Below are positions 57,225-64,000 of a DNA stretch of 64,000 nt, piece by piece. Made by a program: the position numbers and the translations under genes. How positions within the stretch are numbered: the first letter of the stretch is position 1; each line of letters opens with the position of its first letter. Source of the DNA: Diplonema japonicum (lineage: Eukaryota; Protista; Euglenozoa: Diplonemea). The DNA is taken from NCBI GenBank assembly GCA_964019335.1, contig OZ025750.1:1-64000 (forward strand). Direction: 5' to 3'. Under the pieces are notes generated by a model, which had not been told where the DNA came from, made no database searches, and saw only the letters and a list, made by a program, of their open reading frames with translations.

Positions 57225-58228
57225 GTTATTTTTGTTTGTTTTGGGTAAAAATATTTTGCATGAAAATGAAGCGTCACAAAGCCAGCAGGATGTGTCTGAC
57301 TTCTAAGAGAAAAAAAAAAGAAATACCGCTTGTGAGTACAAGCAAGGGTGGGCGGTGTTGACTCAATGACATACCCCCCACCCCCCCGCGGAAGAATTTT
57401 AATAGCTTTTTATAATGATAGAAAGAAGTTCACTTTTTCGTTGTTTTCTGTCTTCTTATACTTCTCTCTTTTTTTTTAGATTACAAAAGAAATCCTAGTT
57501 CCAAAAATCGGTTTTTTCGAAATCGAAAGAGATTTCCATCCGTTTTAAAACATTTTCATAACTGTTACTTTAAAAAAAAAAGAAGAAAAAAAAAAAAAAG
57601 AAAGAAAGAAAAAAAAAGAAAAGAAAAAAACTCGTGTTTTGTTCCATCTCCATTTTTTTTGATTTTATCCGCACGAGCGTTATTCTTACCCCTATTATAA
57701 TCACTCATTGCGCTGTGATAGATTTGATTGAAAAGGAAAAAGAAAAAGAAAAAGAAAACAAAAAGAGGTGACGGGACTTAGCATCAGGCGCTTGTACAGA
57801 TGGCTGGCTAGACACACCGTCTTTTTTTTTTTTTTTTATCTTTTTTCTTTTTCTTTTTAAACCTCGTCTCTAGACGCTTGATATCCACAATCGGAACGAA
57901 AGCGAGGCTCCAGAAAAAAGGGAGCATCAAAAGGTGGTCCTCAGGTGAGATTTGCCCTTAAACATCTCACGCCCCTTTTTTTCTTTTGCATGAATAAGAA
58001 GAATAATTTAACATTATTGATAATGAAACCAACCGACTCTTTTTTTCTGACAAGACGAGGGAGGAAAAAAAAAGAAGAAAGAAAAACGAGAGAGAGAGAG
58101 AGAGAAAGCACGTTTCACAGTACCCCTCCCCCCCCACACCTCCTTTTTTCCCCCTCACGCAATTATATAGCAAAAGAAATCACTCATAAAAAAAAAACAG
58201 GCTAGGGAGAAAAAAAAACCGAAAGGAG

Positions 58229-60856
58229 ATGGAGGAGGAGGGGAGGATTGTACCAGCAGGGCGCACAGCTGAAGGAAAGGCAGTTGGGGTGAGGCAGACA
58301 GGCCCGCCATGGCGGTTCTGGTACGAAGGGCGGGAGATCGCTGGTCCGGAGGGTGGGGCAGTGGAGAAGGGAAGGTACGTGGTGAAGCAGAAGGGAGGAA
58401 ACCTGGAACTACTCCGGAGGGAGGTGGTGAAAGGGGAGGGATGGGCAGTGTGGATAGACGATGAGGCCCTGGGGGAGTACGAAAAGGCCCGGGTAGTGGT
58501 GCACCCCCCCTCACTCACACGCGGTGTCCCGCACCCCACTCACACCAACGGCGCTCCCCTCAACACCATCGCCGCCTTCTTCTCCTCCGGAAGACACCTC
58601 CTTGGTGGGGGCAATTGCTGTGCTGTCCCCATCAGTAGACCGCCGCAAACCCGATCAAAGTTACATATTGTGAAACCATCTGATAGAAAGGCCAAGGAGA
58701 CCCGTCTCGTTCAGTGGTTCAAGGAGCACGAGGTGCAACTCATGTTGCAGGGCATATCACTCGACGCGGAGTCTTTGTACAACAATTGCATCGACATGCT
58801 GCATCTCGTGGAAGAGTCGATGGTGAAGGAGGACGAGCTCTTCTTCAGCGTTTACATCTCACAGGCGGTGGCGAAGGTCGGGCTCGCGCTTCTTCTCAAC
58901 TCCGCAGAGATCGACACAAGGCTGAAAGAACTGATCAACGATCTACTGAAGAAGAAACCCCCAAACATGGTGTTTTACGAGCTGGAGTGGCTTCGCAAGG
59001 GCCTGGAAATCGTCAAGGAGATCGAGGATTTCGAGTGGGACACCGTGGACATCCTTATCAAATGCGTCACAAGCATCACGTCCATGAGCTTTTCAGTTGT
59101 TCTAACCGACTTGCTAAATCTAAGCAGGAAGGCCTACAGCATGGCGAAGGGCAACTCCGAGCACAACCACTACTTCGGTATCGCGGCAATCGAGCGCACG
59201 GCAGCCGTAGTGAAGAACCGATTGCTATGGTATCACCTCTTACAAGCGGATGAAAAAGCGGCGGCGAAAGCAGAGCTAAAAACGTACCTGCTAGAAGTAC
59301 AAAGCGAACGTGGCAGGCTGGAGACATGGGAGGTCGCCTTCGCGTGGGTCAAGCTCATTGCGGACATCCTCATCTTCAACCCTGCCGTCGTCACGCAAGC
59401 CAGCATCAACAAACTTCTGAAAGATGAGAACATGGACGAGAATGACGTCACGTTAGAAGGCTTAAGGGCAAAAGGTTGGCTTGTGGAACACACCTCCGAC
59501 GGTGGGAAGCACAACGTCTCAGTACTTACAAGCTCCTGTTCAAGCCACTGGAGATCGGGTTCGACGGACAAAATCACAAATATGTTGGACAAGCACCCAA
59601 GACAGCCAATCCCGAACGATTTGCAGGAGCTTCTCGTGACGGGGTCAGAAGGGTTCCACGGGCTGGCACACTTCGCGAAGATGGGGATATCGACGCCTCG
59701 GAGTCTTGTGGTCGTCCTCGAGGAAGCGAACACCCTGCTCAAGGGGAAGAAACCTGTCAATGAGATGCAACAGGGTCTGAAAGGGCTGCTCAACAACACG
59801 CTGAACGGTGCGGCGAACTTCGCAGGTCTATTCGTTGAGAATAAAGCGAACATCTGGCGTGTCCGGGACAGGGCGGTGGTGGCCTGCATCGACGTCCTCT
59901 CCAGGAACAACGTGAGCGCCCCGTGTGCAAGAGAGCTGCAGGCGACCTTGACGAACTGCGAGGTGTTCGAGCAGAACAGCGACGTTCGTCGAACCCTCAA
60001 GAACCCCGGTGTGTACAAGGAAACAGCAGCATTTTTAAAGAAATCCTGGAAGACCCAGGAGGAGGAGGTCCAAGAGAGCATCAAGACCACGATGGACAGA
60101 CTCGAGGAGCTGCAGCATTCGATGCTCAACTGCACCTTACCCAACATAACCAAAGAGCTGCGTGCAGTTATGAACGAGGTCAACAACGAGCTCGACCATC
60201 AGGTGAAGAGCCTCCAAGGAATGCAAGAAAAGCTCGGGGTGACACTTGACTTCCTAATGGGGATACAACGCAGGCAGCTCTCGATGGAGAAGGACCTGAC
60301 CAGTAGTGGCGACATTCCCCCACCTGGGTATGAAGAACCACTTGCAGCTCCTACTTCAGCCGTCAGTGGTGGTGACATTCCCCCACCTGGGTTTGAAGAA
60401 CCGCTTGCAGCTACTACTGCCTCAGCCATCAGTGGCGGCGACATTCCCCCACCTGGGTTTGAAGAACCGCTTGCAGCTCCTACTGCCTCAGCCATCAGTG
60501 GCGGCGACATGCCCCCACCTGGGTTTGAAGAACCGCTTGCAGCTACTACTACTTCAGCCGTCAGTGGTGGTGACATGCCCCCACCTGGGTTTGAAGAACC
60601 GCTTGCAGCTCCTACTGCCTCAGCCATCAGTGGCGGCGACATGCCCCCACCTGGGTTTGAAGAACCGCTTGCAGCTACTACTACTTCAGCCGTCAGTGGT
60701 GGTGACATGCCCCCACCTGGGTTTGAAGAACCGCTTGCAGCTACTACTGCCTCAGCCATCAGTGGCGGCGACATGCCCCCACCTGGGTTTGAAGAACCGC
60801 TAGCAGCTACTACTACTTCAGCCGTCAGTGGTGGTGACATGCCCCCACCTGTTTGA
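58229..60856 (+). CDS. Large helical/coiled-coil protein with internal LLGG|GNCC motif and C-terminal 21-aa repeats
   Basis: 875-aa ORF; 5' part duplicated at 63257. Confidence 0.8.
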   Translation: MEEEGRIVPAGRTAEGKAVGVRQTGPPWRFWYEGREIAGPEGGAVEKGRYVVKQKGGNLELLRREVVKGEGWAVWIDDEALGEYEKARVVVHPPSLTRGVPHPTHTNGAPLNTIAAFFSSGRHLLGGGNCCAVPISRPPQTRSKLHIVKPSDRKAKETRLVQWFKEHEVQLMLQGISLDAESLYNNCIDMLHLVEESMVKEDELFFSVYISQAVAKVGLALLLNSAEIDTRLKELINDLLKKKPPNMVFYELEWLRKGLEIVKEIEDFEWDTVDILIKCVTSITSMSFSVVLTDLLNLSRKAYSMAKGNSEHNHYFGIAAIERTAAVVKNRLLWYHLLQADEKAAAKAELKTYLLEVQSERGRLETWEVAFAWVKLIADILIFNPAVVTQASINKLLKDENMDENDVTLEGLRAKGWLVEHTSDGGKHNVSVLTSSCSSHWRSGSTDKITNMLDKHPRQPIPNDLQELLVTGSEGFHGLAHFAKMGISTPRSLVVVLEEANTLLKGKKPVNEMQQGLKGLLNNTLNGAANFAGLFVENKANIWRVRDRAVVACIDVLSRNNVSAPCARELQATLTNCEVFEQNSDVRRTLKNPGVYKETAAFLKKSWKTQEEEVQESIKTTMDRLEELQHSMLNCTLPNITKELRAVMNEVNNELDHQVKSLQGMQEKLGVTLDFLMGIQRRQLSMEKDLTSSGDIPPPGYEEPLAAPTSAVSGGDIPPPGFEEPLAATTASAISGGDIPPPGFEEPLAAPTASAISGGDMPPPGFEEPLAATTTSAVSGGDMPPPGFEEPLAAPTASAISGGDMPPPGFEEPLAATTTSAVSGGDMPPPGFEEPLAATTASAISGGDMPPPGFEEPLAATTTSAVSGGDMPPPV
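60304..60853 (+). repeat. Coding minisatellite, 60-63 bp unit, ~9 copies
   Basis: SGGD(I/M)PPPGFEEPLAA(P/T)T(A/T)SA(I/V). Confidence 0.95.
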
Positions 60857-61868
60857 ACTTATATGATTTAATCAGAATCCCGAGATCCCATCCCTGATCC
60901 CCAAGAGATCCTCATCTTCTTTCTAAGCTTATCATCATCCGACGATGTGGTAGAGGCTGCTTCTTCCTCTTCTTCCTCTTCTTCCTCTTCTTAACAACGG
61001 CCTAAGAGCGGGTCGGCAACTAGATAAAAAATTGTAAAAAAAAAAGGTTGTATACCGGATTTTGTTTTTATTTTGTTCGCGCAGGAGCCACTAAGGACCT
61101 GGCTCTCCATAGCCTTGTCCACAGAGCGAATGCGGAGACCGTGGTCGGGAAAAGTACTCTCCAAACCTGCTGGGACGCTAGTGGGAGCCAATGAAGGGTG
61201 CTTCTTGCCTGAAGAGATCAGCACTTGGAGGAGTCGCAAGATTAGATCGAAACTGAGAGATACCTAGTACTGACCATACCCCCTCCCTTTTTAGGGCTTG
61301 CGGCTTTTGCTCTGGGAGTTTGCATGTTTTTGAGCTTGTTATGTGAAAGGTACAAAATATTTACAGAACACCATTAAAAACAGAACATAAGATTAACAAA
61401 AGTAGAAAAGAAATCCCAGAAAATATCCGGCTTCGAGGCAGTCTTGTTGGGGTGCTTCTCGTTCCATTTCCTCGTTCCGGCTCCGAATTGCTCTTAGGCT
61501 GGGAGCTGTCCCCAATACGTTCGTTGTGTGCTAGGCATGTTGGGGGGTTTCCCCCCCCGTTTTTTTTCTTATAGTTTCTGTTTGTTTCCCTTCTTTTTGA
61601 GTTCTTGTGGCCGGAGGAGGGATGGAGCGGGGAAACGGGGTGCCCCCCCCCCCCCCCCCCCCCCCTCCATCAATTTACCCCTTTTCTCTTTTGCACCGAA
61701 GCGCCAAACGTTGGGCTCTCTTTTTTTGTTCCCTTTTTTTTTGAGGCTGCGATATGTGCTGACGTGTACCTGTACTGTCTCATATGAAGTAGACTGTGCC
61801 TGCAGTTGCTTGTACGCCAGGCGGTTTATAAGCAACCAAAGTCATTCTTCTTCTTCTTTTTTTCCTTA

Positions 61869-62808
61869 CTGTAAAACGAAAAACTCCCGGACGGAAAAAT
61901 GTCCGAGTTTTTTTGGCGTCCGGGAATTTTTCCGTCCGGGAGTTTTTTTAGGTAAGGCCGTCAGGGGGCCTGGTCCACTACTACCTACATACTATACTGG
62001 CCTGGGCTGCAAACGGCAACCGCGCGAAGAAACCCCCAGGGTTCACTTTCTGCATCTTTGTCCTCCCTTGCTGCCCCTGAGGCAATCAGCTTGTCGAGCC
62101 TTCGTGTGGCCTACTACCTTTCTTAATAGATGCTTTACAGCTGCGTTCAACCCAATATCCATCGGTTGAACCATGTAGGTGAGCCCAGGGGGACAAAAGC
62201 AATGTGCACGTTTGCGCCTGCGAACCACTCTACGAACCCATAGGCATAGGTCGTGTGAGAGTTGTGGTCGCCGACAAGCAGCAGAACCGGCCCGTTCGGC
62301 AAAACCATGGGAATCAATGATTTATAGCAAAAAGGAAGAAACAGCTCCGTAACCCAGATACCGAGTATCATAATTAGCCCAATGATTGGGCGATGCCGTT
62401 AGGCTCCATTCGATGGGCAGGTGCTTGACCTGGACACGGATAATCCCTGCCGGTTGCATTCCCGCTTTGCCTTTGTATTTAAGTTGCGGATGCAACTCAT
62501 CCAGCCAACCAATTCCGGCCTTACTTCGGTGTCGATTATGGACCTGAATTCCATGGTGAAACAGCGTGCCCTCTCGTTGTCCTTCTCGTTTCCGAGCTTT
62601 CCGGAGGTGGCTTGCGGCTTTTGTCTTTCTTGCTGCAAAGTTTTGTCAGTCTACCAGGTCTGTCTTTCGGGCTGGATTGGCGCGCAGCAGCCCTTCTGTA
62701 TAGGTGCATATTTGTTGTGCTGGGATAGGCTCGCCAAGCCCGTTTTACCTATCGACTCAAGCAAAAACCTTTCAGCCCCCGAAGGATGCTAAATCCCGTA
62801 TTGGCGAT
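61869..62808 (-). mobile_element. Second, truncated copy of the pogo-type element at 9288
   Basis: Same TA-CTGTAAAACGAAAAACTCCCGG end and near-identical internal sequence. Confidence 0.9.
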
Positions 62809-63256
62809 AGGGTCTCGATCAATAAGGTGATTCTTCAGCCTTAACAGCACTCAGAAGTCTCTCCTTTCAGGCCCGTCTTGCCTCTGTCCTTGCACATCTG
62901 ATCTAAAAACAAAGATCTTTAAAGTCTGCGTTCATTCCACCAAATGTTTAATGTTTTCGAGCCATGGAGGTGCATTGATCGGATGTGCACAGAGGCGGTG
63001 AATTCCCACGCCCTTCAACTCGAGCTGAACACCACTATACCAATTGTCAACCGTGCTTTCCCCATTCCACCCCCCACGCAAATTTATAAGAAATCACTCT
63101 AGACCAGATCTTATGTTTTGAGAGAAAGAAAAAAAAAAGCACATTTCACAGTACCCCCTCCTTTTTTTCCCCATTCCACCCCCCCGCAAATATATAGCAA
63201 AAGAAATCACTCATAAAAAAAAAACAGGCTAGGGAGAAAAAAAAAACCGAAAGGAG

Positions 63257-64000
63257 ATGGAGGAGGAGGGGAGGATTGTACCAGCAGGGCGCACAGCTGA
63301 AGGAAAGGCAGTTGGGGTGAGGCAGACAGGCCCGCCATGGCGGTTCTGGTACGAAGGGCGGGAGATCGCTGGTCCGGAGGGTGGGGCAGTGGAGAAGGGA
63401 AGGTACGTGGTGAAGCAGAAGGGAGGAAACCTGGAACTACTCCGGAGGGAGGTGGTGAAAGGGGAGGGATGGGCAGTGTGGATAGACGATGAGGCCCTGG
63501 GGGAGTACGAAAGGGCCCGGGTAGTGGTGCACCCCCCCTCACTCACACGCGGTGTCCCGCACCCCACTCACACCAACGGCGCTCCCCTCAACACCATCGC
63601 CGCCTTCTTCTCCTCCGGAAGACACCTCCTTGGTGGGGGTTCTTGCTGTTCTAAAACCGACCTCCCCAAACGACACCGGGGGCCGACTGTACCAGCGAAG
63701 TTCATATCGGACCATATTACTGGAGTGGTGCAAAGTGTGAAACCATCTGATAGAAAGGCCAAGGAGACCCGTCTCGTTCAGTGGTTCAAGGAGCACGAGA
63801 TGCAACTCATGTTGCAGGGCATATCACTCGGCGCGGGGTCTTTGTACAACAATTGCATCGACATGCTGCATCTCGTGGAAGAGTCGATGGTGAAGGAAGA
63901 CGAGCTCTTCTTCAGCGTTTACATCTCACAGGCGGTGGCGAAGGTCGGGCTCGCGCTTCTTCTCAACTCCGCAACTCGGTCAAAGATCGACACAAGGCTG
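63257..64000 (+). CDS. Paralog of the 58229 gene (runs off the window)
   Basis: ATG at 63257; near-identical to 58229 except for an in-frame replaced segment after LLGG (GSCCSK...). Confidence 0.8.
   Translation, partial: MEEEGRIVPAGRTAEGKAVGVRQTGPPWRFWYEGREIAGPEGGAVEKGRYVVKQKGGNLELLRREVVKGEGWAVWIDDEALGEYERARVVVHPPSLTRGVPHPTHTNGAPLNTIAAFFSSGRHLLGGGSCCSKTDLPKRHRGPTVPAKFISDHITGVVQSVKPSDRKAKETRLVQWFKEHEMQLMLQGISLGAGSLYNNCIDMLHLVEESMVKEDELFFSVYISQAVAKVGLALLLNSATRSKIDTRL

Overview
Eukaryotic nuclear DNA, most likely from a diplonemid (Euglenozoa): 23675-23712 is a near-perfect diplonemid/kinetoplastid-type spliced-leader (SL) exon, and the host genes look intronless and all lie on the + strand between long A/T homopolymer tracts. 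Host genes include a Patched/NPC1-type sterol-sensing protein, a mitochondrial IMP-type S26 peptidase, a membrane adenylate cyclase, several ubiquitin-like (Ubl)-LRR and Ubl-ankyrin genes or pseudogenes, small membrane proteins, and a duplicated helical protein carrying an internal LLGG|GxCC motif. Much of the rest is mobile DNA: piggyBac, hAT and pogo-type remnants, MITEs, a Penelope-like RT, and several families of APE-type non-LTR retrotransposons. Most notable: (1) LINEs whose ORF1 and ORF2 are in frame, joined by a single UGA-C stop, an open linker and a 2A-like motif, suggesting readthrough plus StopGo; (2) the one near-complete LINE starts with an SL exon paired to an anti-SL segment, has a catalytically dead OTU-like domain in ORF1, and, like its relatives, ends in and sits within T-tracts instead of poly(A); (3) a ~75-nt covarying, probably pseudoknotted RNA motif shared by two otherwise dissimilar short repeat families, which I cannot assign to a known RNA class. 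All family assignments are by eye from motifs, and some frameshifts may be assembly errors.
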